Assembly (NCBI GenBank): GCA_038063555.1
Contig: JBBTUX010000002.1
Span: forward strand, 6,806 to 70,805
DNA: 64,000 nt
From: Patescibacteria group bacterium
Lineage (GTDB): Bacteria > Patescibacteriota > Minisyncoccia > Phycocordibacterales > JAKFXT01
Reading direction: 5' to 3'
The position numbers were made by a program, and so were the translations under genes. Positions 28,705 through 38,502 of this stretch are shown piece after piece (within the stretch, counting starts at the first letter, position 1; the number at the start of each line of letters is the position of its first letter). The notes beneath the pieces were generated by a model, which saw only the letters and a list, made by a program, of their open reading frames with translations, made no database searches and had not been told where the DNA came from.

Positions 28705-29409
28705 TTATCGTGTCTCTAACTCCTCAATTCTCGGTGGGCCACGCAGGATGCGCACGAGTTTGTATTGGAAGTTACTGCGATACAAACTCATTATTTGTTC
28801 TGCTACCCACTTGGGATCAAGGAGAGAGGATAAGTCGTCGCGGGGGTTACTTCTCCAGAACTCGGTGTTCATTCCGGAAGGTCCTACTACCAAGACTTTG
28901 CCAATACGCTCGTCAAGCGAGAGAGAGCTGGCAAGCATGGCGGTTCCCGCTTTGATTCCAGTGTAGACTGGTTCACGGAGACGGGGAATCCACTGCGAGG
29001 TAGAGGTGACAGCGATGAACCCGTTTAGCACCCCCTGCTTTCGCAGAATCCTTTGCATCATCATGGCGGGTGCCAGGAAGCCGACATTGGTCATTTTCTG
29101 GATACTTGAATCCCCGAGTTCGTCGATAGTTCCTTTTTCCTCGAATCCGGCGGCGTAAATAAGCAGGTCAATCGGACCAACTTTGCCGATTAGTGAATCT
29201 AAGTCGACAGAAAGCTCGTCGGCATTAGGGCCTATATAAAAGTTGAAGAATCGAACGTTTTTTTCCTGGGGATCGTTTCTGCCGGTAATGAAAACGGTAT
29301 CGCTTTCTTTGGCGAAAAAACGTGCCAAGGCAAGTCCTAATCCGGATGTTCCGCCGACAATTAATATTTTTTTCATGACAATTCCTCGGTGACTAACTAT
29401 TTCGCACAT
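28705..29409 (-). CDS. Short-chain dehydrogenase/reductase (SDR) family oxidoreductase
   Basis: It has MKKILIVGGTSGLGLALA, a TGxxxGxG Rossmann motif. Its GC content is much higher than the surrounding sequence. Confidence 0.65.
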   Translation of the reverse strand: MCEIVSHRGIVMKKILIVGGTSGLGLALARFFAKESDTVFITGRNDPQEKNVRFFNFYIGPNADELSVDLDSLIGKVGPIDLLIYAAGFEEKGTIDELGDSSIQKMTNVGFLAPAMMMQRILRKQGVLNGFIAVTSTSQWIPRLREPVYTGIKAGTAMLASSLSLDERIGKVLVVGPSGMNTEFWRSNPRDDLSSLLDPKWVAEQIMSLYRSNFQYKLVRILRGPPRIEELETR

Positions 29410-29498
29410 TAATACTAAAATTCTTCTTTGTCAAATTTTGTTTTTCAAAAAAATGTCGGAGAAGCGAGTGCGTCTCCGACATGTTGCTACGGCCAGGA

Positions 29499-30824
29499 TC
29501 ACAGGAAGTAATCCCCCCGATCAGCGACGGCCTCAAGTTCTTCCGGATTGATCCCGCTTTTGATGGCGTCTTCAATCCAGTCGTTGACTGGTTTGTAGAG
29601 GCAGGTTACTTCGCGGCACTCATGCTCTGCGTTGAAATGTCGCAGTATTGAGGTGGTGGCTTCTTGTGTTTTGGCCACGCTTCCGGTATCCGCATAAGCA
29701 TCTTTCCCGGCGATGAAGGCCTTTCCAACTCCGCGATGTGCTGGGCAGTTGTAAAGTCCGCGTGGAGAGAGAACCTGGCGCAAGGCCTGCATGTGGCAGG
29801 TGTTCGGTTGCTTGGTGAAATCTCGCCATGTGTCGCTTTCCAGGAGCCGTAGATTGGTACTCTCCACGATGTTGAATGTGGGGGTTTCCAGTTTTTTGGC
29901 TTCGTTGATTGCAATTCGGATGCGGGCGATTGTGCTCCTGTAATCCTCAATCGCCCCGGTGTCCATCACTTCGCCGCCCTCCGGAGAGCGCCGAAGAAAC
30001 GGCTTGGCGGAAAAATAGCTGAACCCCGAATCATGCGCCAATTTTGCCGCAGGAACTATCTCATCGATATTCGGCACAACTGACACCTTCTCTGCGCTTT
30101 CGGCTCCACGCCAGGTGACAATAAAGGAAAAACCGATTTGAAGCCCCGGGTTTTTTTCGCGAATACCCGGTACTCCGGCACAAATTTCCTCCAATGACAC
30201 ATTTTGCTTCGGTTGATGCATGGCTTGAAAGGTTTGGTCATACGCGGAGTCAAGCGAAAGGCGCACCCAGTCACCGGGAGTGAACAAATGTGCCACCTCG
30301 CGGATTTTCTCGTTGCGGGAACCGTTGCTGACGACCGCCACTTGAATGTTGCGCTCTTTTAGGAAGCGAACGGTGTCTCCAAATCGAGGGTAAAGAGTCG
30401 GTTCGCCCCCCCCGATTAGAATTACCGAACGCAGCCCCCGCTCAATCAGTTGCGAAAGAGAAGACAGCAGTTTTTCGTGGGCATACTTGACCGGACTGTT
30501 CAGAATGTCCCAGTCGATGCAATGTCCACACGCGTAATTGCAGGCGGTGGTCATGTCCAAGTTCATGGAAAGCGGTCCGAAGTCCACGGGCATTTCCGGC
30601 GGAGCGTTGCCTTTCAAGAGGGCATGGTTCACCGCTCTTTGCCACTTCACATACGAAATGACCCTGGGCAGAACCGACTCCTGCCGCAATTTGGCGGTGA
30701 AATCATGACGCTGGTCGAGCTTGGGGCTCGGTGGCACCGTTTTCCCCGAGTTTGAAGCAATCTCCAAGTTTGGCTGTAAACCGCGCCTGGATTTAATCTT
30801 TATTACTTGTCTGGTCAGGTTCAC
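29499..30824 (-). CDS. Radical SAM domain protein of unknown specificity, with extra C-terminal Cys residues
   Basis: It has CNYACGHC, a CxxxCxxC motif, at about aa 95 and a glycine-rich SAM motif ILIGGGEP. The C-terminus carries additional Cys (CHMQ, CPAHRG, CREVTC). It lies in a GC-rich island. Confidence 0.65.
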   Translation of the reverse strand: MNLTRQVIKIKSRRGLQPNLEIASNSGKTVPPSPKLDQRHDFTAKLRQESVLPRVISYVKWQRAVNHALLKGNAPPEMPVDFGPLSMNLDMTTACNYACGHCIDWDILNSPVKYAHEKLLSSLSQLIERGLRSVILIGGGEPTLYPRFGDTVRFLKERNIQVAVVSNGSRNEKIREVAHLFTPGDWVRLSLDSAYDQTFQAMHQPKQNVSLEEICAGVPGIREKNPGLQIGFSFIVTWRGAESAEKVSVVPNIDEIVPAAKLAHDSGFSYFSAKPFLRRSPEGGEVMDTGAIEDYRSTIARIRIAINEAKKLETPTFNIVESTNLRLLESDTWRDFTKQPNTCHMQALRQVLSPRGLYNCPAHRGVGKAFIAGKDAYADTGSVAKTQEATTSILRHFNAEHECREVTCLYKPVNDWIEDAIKSGINPEELEAVADRGDYFL

Positions 30825-31193
30825 GATGCTCTCCTAAAGTTTCATTAGTTCGGAAGGATTTAAAAGATCGGTCTAGTATGAAACTAGTCTTGTCCAACGT
30901 TAACACTTTTCTAGACACATTCCAATGTTTACATTTTTGTGGGGTAAAAGTGTCAAAGTGTTTAATTTTTTAAAAATTAGCAATTTGTCGCTTCTTCGAA
31001 CGTTTGCGCCAAGGAGCTTCAGAGAGAAGTGTGTGGGATGAAATAAAGATGCGGGTTGGCAAGTGGCGACCTGAATGGTTCTCACGGCGCAAGTAAGGGA
31101 TTTTTGCAATACAGGCGCGAAGGGGTCGAGAGGAACCACACGCGTTTTTTTTTCATGTTATACTGACGCACCAAACCATAACCAGAGGCGCCC

Positions 31194-32147
31194 ATGAGAA
31201 TGTCAATTATATTGCCTGTTTATAACGAAGCGGGTAGCATAGAGGAGCTTTACCTTCAAATTAAGAATGAGCTTGCTTTAGTGTCTTTTAAATATGAAAT
31301 TGTTGCTGTAAACGACGGCTCTACTGATAAGAGTTTAGAAATACTTGAGAAAATCGCCAAGGACGACCATAATTTCCGAGTACTCAATTTAAGCAAAAAC
31401 TATGGCCAAACAGCGGCGCTTTCCGCGGGACTTGACTTTGCTTCGGGCGAAGTAATTATACCGATGGATTCGGATTTACAGAATGATCCGGCGGATATCC
31501 CAAAATTCTTGGAGCTCATAGATGAGGGGTATGACGTAGTTTCCGGCTGGAGAAAGGACAGAAAAGACAATTTTCTTCGCCGCTTGCCATCCCAGATAGC
31601 CAACAAGCTCATTTCCTACATCACAAATGTGAAACTTCATGATTATGGCTGTACCATGAAGGCCTACAGTAAAGAAATAATAAAGGATGTGCGCTTCTAC
31701 GGAGAGATGCATCGCTTTATGCCGGTTTATGTTGCCTGGCACGGCGCGCGAATAAAAGAGCTCGTCGTAAATCATCGGGCGAGAATTCACGATAAGTCAA
31801 AGTACGGAATTGGCAGGACTTTCCGCGTAATTCTGGATCTTCTCACGGTTAAATTTCTGATGACTTATTTGGGAAGGCCGATGCACTTTTTCGGCTGGGC
31901 GGGACTTTTCTCTCTTTTTTTAAGTTTTATATCAGGAGGCGGGGCTATTTTTTTGAGAATATTTGAAGATATTCATTTTACTAGAACGCCCCTTCCGTTG
32001 TTGACAGTTTTTTTAGCTATCATGGGTGTCCAGTTTATCTTAATGGGATTATTGGCCGAAATTTTGATCAGAATTTATCACGAGCCACGTGGCAAGAATA
32101 CCTATACACTAAGAAGTAAAATAAACTTTGAGCATGAGTCAGTTTAA
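31194..32147 (+). CDS. GT2-family polyprenyl-phosphate glycosyltransferase (DPM1/ArnC/GtrB-like) with C-terminal TM helices
   Basis: It has ILPVYNEAGSIEEL, VNDGSTDKS and the DSD motif (PMDSDLQNDP). Two C-terminal TM helices are present. Confidence 0.75.
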   Translation: MRMSIILPVYNEAGSIEELYLQIKNELALVSFKYEIVAVNDGSTDKSLEILEKIAKDDHNFRVLNLSKNYGQTAALSAGLDFASGEVIIPMDSDLQNDPADIPKFLELIDEGYDVVSGWRKDRKDNFLRRLPSQIANKLISYITNVKLHDYGCTMKAYSKEIIKDVRFYGEMHRFMPVYVAWHGARIKELVVNHRARIHDKSKYGIGRTFRVILDLLTVKFLMTYLGRPMHFFGWAGLFSLFLSFISGGGAIFLRIFEDIHFTRTPLPLLTVFLAIMGVQFILMGLLAEILIRIYHEPRGKNTYTLRSKINFEHESV

Positions 32148-33903
32148 ACAAGTTCTCGTCGAACACAGGTGGGTGTTCATTTTGGCAATTCTCACTTCAG
32201 TTATAGTTTCCTTTCCGCAAATTTATTTTCGCGTTGACCATGGGGAAGGTCGATTCGGTGACGGTATTTATCAAGGAATAGAGCTTTTGCCGGATTCTCC
32301 ATGGTCTGCACGGGTTAGGGAAGTGCAGGATGGGCATCCGAATTTTGGAAGTATTTATTACAAAGAAGGAAAGGGTGACCCGTATCTTTTTCAGCCCCTT
32401 GGTTCCATGGTGGCGGCGTATGCGGGCAAGCTATTTTCTTTAGGAATTAACAACACCATTCTTCTTTCTCGTCTGGCACTTACTTTTTTTACCTCTCTTT
32501 TGATATACGCTTTTGTTTATCTTTTTTCTAGAGAAAAAATAGTTGCCTTATGCTGTACAGCGGTACTTTTGCTCGCAGAATCCATTTTAAGTTATTTTGG
32601 CCTCAAGCAGATTCTTCAGGGAATTAGTCCGGAAGATTTTCTTAGAATTGCAAGACCTGTTAATCCGGCAATGATATATATATTATTTTTCGGTTTTATG
32701 ACAGCTTTTTGGCTGTTTTATCAAAAAGGAACTTGGCGTTATGGAATTTTAAGCGCAATTTTGCTTGGTTTGAATTTTTATAATTATTTTTATTCATGGA
32801 CATTTCTCTACGCTTTCGGTGGATTTTTATTTTTAATACTTATTATCAGAAAAAATTGGCAAAAGGCTTTTAAAATAGGTACTGTTTTTGTTGGCGCGCT
32901 TCTTTTGATGATTCCTTACGCCATAAATTTTTACCGCGCCACATTGCACCCGGCTTATGCGGAAGCGAGTGTACGTTTTGGGGTAATTGAAACCCACGCG
33001 CCTTTATTTGTCGGCTTTGTAGTAATTGTTGCCCTCGTTATCTTTTTGTGGAAATTTCCAAGAGAAGATAGAGAGAAATATATTTTTGGATTAGCGCTTT
33101 TACTTGCACCCTTCCTCACTATGAACCAACAGCTTCTTACGGGTAAGGTTTTACAAGCGGCTCATTATCATTGGTTTTTTCATAAGCCAATAGCAGTTAT
33201 CTTTACTCTCATAGTGGTTTTCTATTTACTTGAACGTTACAAACTTTTTCTTTATAAGAAAGTGTTGGCAGTTCTAATTATTTCGACAAGTATTGCGACC
33301 GGGGTCTTTGTTCAGGGGACTTCTTATGTTGGGGGTGACAACGACGGCGGCAGTGTAGCCATCGAGAGACAGAAATATGGACCGGTTATGAAATGGTTGA
33401 ATGCAAATGCCGAAAAAGAAGCAGTTGTCATGTCCAACAATGAAACTTCCCACATGGTAGCAATTTATACTCCCCTAAATCTTTTTTATCATCGAGCTGC
33501 AATGTACTCTCTCGCCGCTACAAAAGAGCGTCTCCTCGAGGTTTGGTTTACTTTTTACCGTCTTAACGGTGTGGGAGCGACGGATGCCCGAGAGAAAATT
33601 TTTGCAGATCGCGAACTAGTTTCCGCGAATATTTACGGTATGTACTACCGAGAACTTTTAGGCGCGTATGAAGCGATTCCTGATGAAAAAATTGAAGAAA
33701 TTGTCAAATTGTATGAAAAGGGACTTACCATATCAAACTCTAAATGGCTGAAACAGATGATGGATAAGTACGAAGTAGAATATATTGTTTGGGATAAAAA
33801 TAATAATCCGACCTGGGAATTGGATCAGTATGATTATCTTAATAAAGTGGTCGATTTCAGCGACTACAATCTTGCCATCTATCATTTTCGCCCATATCCG
33901 TGA
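32128..33903 (+). CDS. Polytopic membrane protein, putative GT-C-fold glycosyltransferase (ArnT/PMT-like)
   Basis: It has roughly 10 TM helices plus a C-terminal soluble domain. It lies immediately downstream of the polyprenyl-P sugar synthase, which is a classic pairing. Confidence 0.4.
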   Translation: MSMSQFKQVLVEHRWVFILAILTSVIVSFPQIYFRVDHGEGRFGDGIYQGIELLPDSPWSARVREVQDGHPNFGSIYYKEGKGDPYLFQPLGSMVAAYAGKLFSLGINNTILLSRLALTFFTSLLIYAFVYLFSREKIVALCCTAVLLLAESILSYFGLKQILQGISPEDFLRIARPVNPAMIYILFFGFMTAFWLFYQKGTWRYGILSAILLGLNFYNYFYSWTFLYAFGGFLFLILIIRKNWQKAFKIGTVFVGALLLMIPYAINFYRATLHPAYAEASVRFGVIETHAPLFVGFVVIVALVIFLWKFPREDREKYIFGLALLLAPFLTMNQQLLTGKVLQAAHYHWFFHKPIAVIFTLIVVFYLLERYKLFLYKKVLAVLIISTSIATGVFVQGTSYVGGDNDGGSVAIERQKYGPVMKWLNANAEKEAVVMSNNETSHMVAIYTPLNLFYHRAAMYSLAATKERLLEVWFTFYRLNGVGATDAREKIFADRELVSANIYGMYYRELLGAYEAIPDEKIEEIVKLYEKGLTISNSKWLKQMMDKYEVEYIVWDKNNNPTWELDQYDYLNKVVDFSDYNLAIYHFRPYP

Positions 33904-33939
33904 ACCCGACTATGTACACTCCCTGTAACTGTTGATTAT

Positions 33940-36012
33940 ATGACAATTTTTTTAGCCATTGCATTTTTTTCAATCCTGTTCTTTTTTGGTTGGCAGACGG
34001 CTCGTTTTATTTTTAACGAAAACCGCATTGAATATTTAATTGCCTTTGCAGGAATCTTTGGAATTGGGCTATACACATTTTTTATTAATGTAGCCGGCTT
34101 GTTTATTCCGATACAAACAGCATTTTACCTAATATTACTTATTTTTCTTTTGCTGGCACTTACTTGTTATGCGAGTCGGCGGCTTCAGATATTTGGCCAT
34201 CAGAAACATCTGGAATGGGGGATTGATACAAGGTGGAGAAAAATACTTCTTTTCTTCACTTTATTTTTAACTCTTTCTGTTGGTCTCATTTCTTTTCGTC
34301 ATCCTATGGATTTAGCCACTATTCGCGAACCTACGGCAGCGACTATAGCCGAAGGAAACTTTCCGCCCATGGAAATATTCAGTCCAACAAACCCATTTCG
34401 CTATCACTATGCTCCAGATTTATTTTCCGCCGCCATTCACAAAGTAACAGACATGCCTCTGTATTTGGCTTATGATTTTCAAAATGCGATTTTGAGCGGG
34501 ACCTTGTTTCTTTTGGTTTTTCTTTTCATTAAATTATTTTTTGCCAACAATTTTGTGGCGTTTTTTTCTTCATTATCTACGGTATATGCCGGAACCCTTG
34601 TTTTCTTTGAAGGTTTTAAAGGCATTCCGGTTTTATATAATAAATATATTTTGGAACAGGAAATCCAGGCCCCCTTTAAGTTTATTTCTGACGCCATTGT
34701 CGGAGAATATACCACTCCGGTAATAAATTCTGTTATTACACTGCATTGGGGGGCGATGGCTTTCTCCTTGATGATGATTGTGGTGTATATCTATTTCCGT
34801 TTGCTACAGACGGAAAAAGAAGATCGCCGCACATTGATATTTTTTACGGGTGGGTTTTTATTCGCTCTTCTGGCTCTTGTTTCAGAATCTTACTTTGCAG
34901 TTTTGAGCGTTATTTTTTTCTCTTTTCCATTTATCTTCTATTTCTTCGAAAGAGACACGGTAAAAGCGAAAAAAGTTTTTGTCACATCGTTCTTCCTCTT
35001 GTTAATAGCTTTGCCTGTGGCCTTCTCCCAAGGAGGACTTCTAAGTGCTGCCCTTGCTCAACAACTTCATCTGCCCTCCACTCAAAATTCAGATGAAACG
35101 ATTCTATATGCAAACAATAAAGATAATGTCGGCCCCTTTAAATTTGGTACGCCCTGGTTGCTGTATGATGGCAAGCCATTGTACAACCCCCAGTTCCTTG
35201 TGGAATGGATACTATTGCTGGCAGTGCTCGGTCCGGCCCTTGTTTTTTTGTTCAGGAGTCGTTTTGACCTGGCTCTTTTTCTGACAAGCTTAATACTTTT
35301 ATTTTTTTCAATTCCCCTTTTTATTGACTCGGATTTTCCGATTCTTGCCGGTCAGCTAGGAAGATTCTTTTACCCGATAAATCTGTTTGGAGGTCTCCTC
35401 GTGGGCCTGTTTTTGGCAACTTTGTACCTGCGTATGCAAAAACCCCTGCTTAAAGGAGTTCTTTTATTTTTTGTCTTTATTCTTATGGCACAAGGTCTAT
35501 TTACTCATTCTGTCTGGTTGGCTTTTGGATATCCCCTAGGGGGTGCCTGGAACCCGAATGCAAAGTTTTTTGCCGAAGCAGGTACCCTTGAGGCGAATGC
35601 ATATAGCTGGGTCAAAAAGAATACCACCACTCATGATATTTTTCTTATTATTAAAGACGATTACACGGAATGTGGAGCTTCCAGCGCCCCGAACTGCCTT
35701 TTTATTCTCAATACAGGCAGAATGGCCCCCATCTTTACACATCGTGGTACCGGTGATAACACTGAATCTGAAACATCGTCGCCGGAAAAGGCAATCTTGT
35801 TCAGCGAAGCAAGCAAAAGTTGTACGCCCAATATTTTAAGGAAGCTGAACTATGGCTATATTTATGTTGACGGAGAGTGGCGATTGGGCATGGAAGAAAA
35901 ATGTGTTAAAAACAATAATCTCGAGCTTGTATTTGAAGGCACTGAAGAAACGAAATTTATTAGGATTTATAAAATCAAAGAGGGCGGTTACAGTAGAAAT
36001 AAAACTTTTTAA
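33940..36012 (+). CDS. Large polytopic membrane protein (690 aa), possibly a second GT-C-like glycosyltransferase or polymerase
   Basis: It has many TM helices and a C-terminal soluble domain. I found no definitive motif. Confidence 0.3.
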   Translation: MTIFLAIAFFSILFFFGWQTARFIFNENRIEYLIAFAGIFGIGLYTFFINVAGLFIPIQTAFYLILLIFLLLALTCYASRRLQIFGHQKHLEWGIDTRWRKILLFFTLFLTLSVGLISFRHPMDLATIREPTAATIAEGNFPPMEIFSPTNPFRYHYAPDLFSAAIHKVTDMPLYLAYDFQNAILSGTLFLLVFLFIKLFFANNFVAFFSSLSTVYAGTLVFFEGFKGIPVLYNKYILEQEIQAPFKFISDAIVGEYTTPVINSVITLHWGAMAFSLMMIVVYIYFRLLQTEKEDRRTLIFFTGGFLFALLALVSESYFAVLSVIFFSFPFIFYFFERDTVKAKKVFVTSFFLLLIALPVAFSQGGLLSAALAQQLHLPSTQNSDETILYANNKDNVGPFKFGTPWLLYDGKPLYNPQFLVEWILLLAVLGPALVFLFRSRFDLALFLTSLILLFFSIPLFIDSDFPILAGQLGRFFYPINLFGGLLVGLFLATLYLRMQKPLLKGVLLFFVFILMAQGLFTHSVWLAFGYPLGGAWNPNAKFFAEAGTLEANAYSWVKKNTTTHDIFLIIKDDYTECGASSAPNCLFILNTGRMAPIFTHRGTGDNTESETSSPEKAILFSEASKSCTPNILRKLNYGYIYVDGEWRLGMEEKCVKNNNLELVFEGTEETKFIRIYKIKEGGYSRNKTF

Positions 36013-36018
36013 CGTTTC

Positions 36019-36435
36019 TCATTCCCCGTTGTGCATCTTTAGCTGTCTATCTTCTTCCTTCCTAAAAATAAAATTATAGATTATAAAATTAATAACAGCC
36101 AGAGCCCCCAACATGATTATCTGCGCATGGATATACCACATCCCCTGTATTTCGACTAAAAAATAAATTGCGGAAGTGCTGACCATAACATTACAAACAA
36201 CTAAAAGGGTGAAAAAAAACAACTGTCGAGGAATGCGTCGCGTATTTTTCTCTCCAAAGGTCCAAAATTTCTGAAGTGAAAAATTTAAGAAAAATGACGC
36301 AAGAAAAGCAAAAATAACCGAGGTCAAATAGTGTATTCTTAAAAACTCCGTTAATGTGTATGTTAAAGCAAGATAAGTAAGCGCGGCATACCCGCCTGAA
36401 AATAACGACTTGGTGAATTTTTTTGCAAGTGGCAT
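36019..36435 (-). CDS. GtrA-family membrane protein (polyprenyl-P-sugar flippase-like)
   Basis: It has ...FLASFFLNFSLQKFWTFGEKN..., a GtrA signature, and 4 TM helices. The start is set at the MPLAKKF ATG at 36435. The longer ORF from 36552 would translate the upstream 12-mer tandem repeat as HKHL x3. Confidence 0.6.
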   Translation of the reverse strand: MPLAKKFTKSLFSGGYAALTYLALTYTLTEFLRIHYLTSVIFAFLASFFLNFSLQKFWTFGEKNTRRIPRQLFFFTLLVVCNVMVSTSAIYFLVEIQGMWYIHAQIIMLGALAVINFIIYNFIFRKEEDRQLKMHNGE

Positions 36436-36487
36436 GCGAAAATAAATAGGACTTACGCACCTACCAGACCCACAAAAAATCAGATAA

Positions 36488-36523
36488 TGTAAATGCTTGT
36501 GTAAATGCTTGTGTAAATGCTTG
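36488..36523. repeat. Tandem repeat of the 12-mer TGTAAATGCTTG, 3 perfect copies
   Basis: I read it directly. It lies about 55-90 bp upstream of the GtrA-like start, in the divergent intergenic region shared with rfbB. Confidence 0.85.
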
Positions 36524-36666
36524 TGAATATAATAACATGCCCAATGTCTCAATAAAAATATCCTTCGGAGCTTTACACCAAGAAAGGAAGAGATAATTGA
36601 GAATATAGCACTTCAAGATAGGCCCATTGCAAAATATAAGAAACATAGGTTAAACTACCTTTCAAT

Positions 36667-37740
36667 ATGACTGCCAAAGCTAAAAATGCCAAAACGATAC
36701 TGATTACTGGGGGTGCGGGTTTTATTGGAAGCAATATTGTTGAATATCTTTTTGATAAATATCCAGCATACAATTTTATTGTTCTGGACGCTCTAACATA
36801 TGCTGGCGATATAAAAAATATTCCGGAGCGTATTCATAAAGCAAAAAATTTTCGCTTCGTGTACGGCGATGTTCGTAATGCCAAAATTGTGCAACACCTT
36901 GTTTCTAAGGTGACGGATATTATTCATTTTGCCGCAGAAACCCACGTAGCCCGGTCTATTTATGATGATGCACGTTTTTTTGAAACAGATGTCTTGGGTA
37001 CATTGGAAATTGCTAACGCCGTTTTAGTCAATCGTAGTAATATTTCTCTTTTTATTCATATTTCTACAAGTGAAGTATATGGGACGGCTAAGTCACGTCT
37101 AATGGATGAAAGTCATCCTTTGAATCCAGCAAGCCCATATGCTGGAGCAAAGACAGGGGCTGATCGTTTGGTGTCGTCTTATTATCTTACGCATAGAATA
37201 CCTGCTGTAATTTTAAGAATATTTAATCAATTTGGACCAAGACAACATTTAGAGAAGTTAATTCCACGTTTTATCACCAATATTATTTCTGGGGAATTGC
37301 TCACCATTCATGGAACAGGTAATAGTATGCGCGATTTTACATATGTTTCAGATTTGGCGCGAGGAATTGATTTGGTCCTTCATGCACCTAAAGAAAAGGT
37401 TGTGGGAGAGGTTTTTAATTTGGGTAACGGGCAGAGTTTTTCTATTAATGAAGTTGCTCAAAAAATTATCAAATTAATGAAGCGAAATCATAAGTTATCA
37501 AAACTAAAATTTAGTCATTCTGCGTTGAATATAGGTGACCGTCCAGGACAAGTTTTCCGACACACGGCTTCGTATGACAAGATCAAAAAAGTTCTTGGTT
37601 GGAAGCCGAGAGTTAAGTTTGATAATGGTTTGGAAAAAACAATTGATTGGTATTTAGATAATCAATTGTGGTGGCGAGACAAAAAATGGATGCGTCATGT
37701 GGAGATTGAAACAGAGGCAGGGAAATTTGAAAAACATTAA
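36667..37740 (+). CDS. rfbB: dTDP-glucose 4,6-dehydratase
   Basis: It has ILITGGAGFIGSN, ...DALTYAGD..., ...FIHISTSEVYG... and YAGAKTGAD (YxxxK). Confidence 0.8.
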   Translation: MTAKAKNAKTILITGGAGFIGSNIVEYLFDKYPAYNFIVLDALTYAGDIKNIPERIHKAKNFRFVYGDVRNAKIVQHLVSKVTDIIHFAAETHVARSIYDDARFFETDVLGTLEIANAVLVNRSNISLFIHISTSEVYGTAKSRLMDESHPLNPASPYAGAKTGADRLVSSYYLTHRIPAVILRIFNQFGPRQHLEKLIPRFITNIISGELLTIHGTGNSMRDFTYVSDLARGIDLVLHAPKEKVVGEVFNLGNGQSFSINEVAQKIIKLMKRNHKLSKLKFSHSALNIGDRPGQVFRHTASYDKIKKVLGWKPRVKFDNGLEKTIDWYLDNQLWWRDKKWMRHVEIETEAGKFEKH

Positions 37741-37752
37741 TTTTTTATAATT

Positions 37753-38448
37753 TTAGCGTAAACGAAGTACGTAAGTAATCATATCGCGGACAAACTCAAG
37801 AGATGTCCATACGTAGATTTTTGATTTTCCGTGAGTTCTTTTTAAGAATTCAATAGGGATTTCTATAAAAGGTATTTTGGCTCGATTAAGTCGTATGACC
37901 CATTCGGCGTCAATAAAGTATCTGTGATTAGTGAGAGTAACTAATTTTAGTATTTCTCGTCGCATAAATTTTGGTTTTGCGTTGACGTCCCAAGTTGTAT
38001 CACCAAACAATAGAACAAAAATAAGGTTAAAGAAAAAGCTCTGCACTTTGCGGAAAAGAGATTCTCGTCGTATGACACGAACTGCTTTTGCGGCTCTAGC
38101 TTTTTTAGATTCCATAACGCTATAAACATTGAATATCTCTTGAGGAGCTATTTGACCATCACCATCACACCATCCTATGGTGTTTCCTTTGGCCTCCTTA
38201 ATCCCTTCTAATATTGCTGCACCGTAACCTTTATTGGTGAGAAAATGTATCACAGAAATATTCTTATCTTTCAGTATTAATTCGTCGAGTATCCTCCGAG
38301 TATTGTCGGTTGATCCGTCATTGACGATGATCAATTCGAAACTAACTCCATTTTTTTTGAAGATAGAGAGAATCTCATTGGCAGTTTGTTTAAGTCTCTC
38401 ACCTTCGTTATAGATGGGTAAAATGAGAGAAAGATCGGGTGTCTCCAT
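37753..38448 (-). CDS. GT2-family glycosyltransferase (soluble, DPM1-like)
   Basis: It has LSLILPIYNEGERL, VNDGSTDNT and a DxD-like GWCDGDGQ. Confidence 0.65.
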   Translation of the reverse strand: METPDLSLILPIYNEGERLKQTANEILSIFKKNGVSFELIIVNDGSTDNTRRILDELILKDKNISVIHFLTNKGYGAAILEGIKEAKGNTIGWCDGDGQIAPQEIFNVYSVMESKKARAAKAVRVIRRESLFRKVQSFFFNLIFVLLFGDTTWDVNAKPKFMRREILKLVTLTNHRYFIDAEWVIRLNRAKIPFIEIPIEFLKRTHGKSKIYVWTSLEFVRDMITYVLRLR

Positions 38449-38502
38449 ATCAGGTGGGTCTTAAATAGCTTATTCTGTTTAATAACTCAATAACAGCAAA
38501 TA

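Noticed and set aside
36435-36552. I considered a longer GtrA-like ORF starting at 36552 with an HKHLHKHLHKHL N-terminus.
   Set aside because: The extension is just the translated 12-mer tandem repeat. GtrA proteins begin directly with the first TM segment, and an internal ATG at 36435 gives a canonical length.
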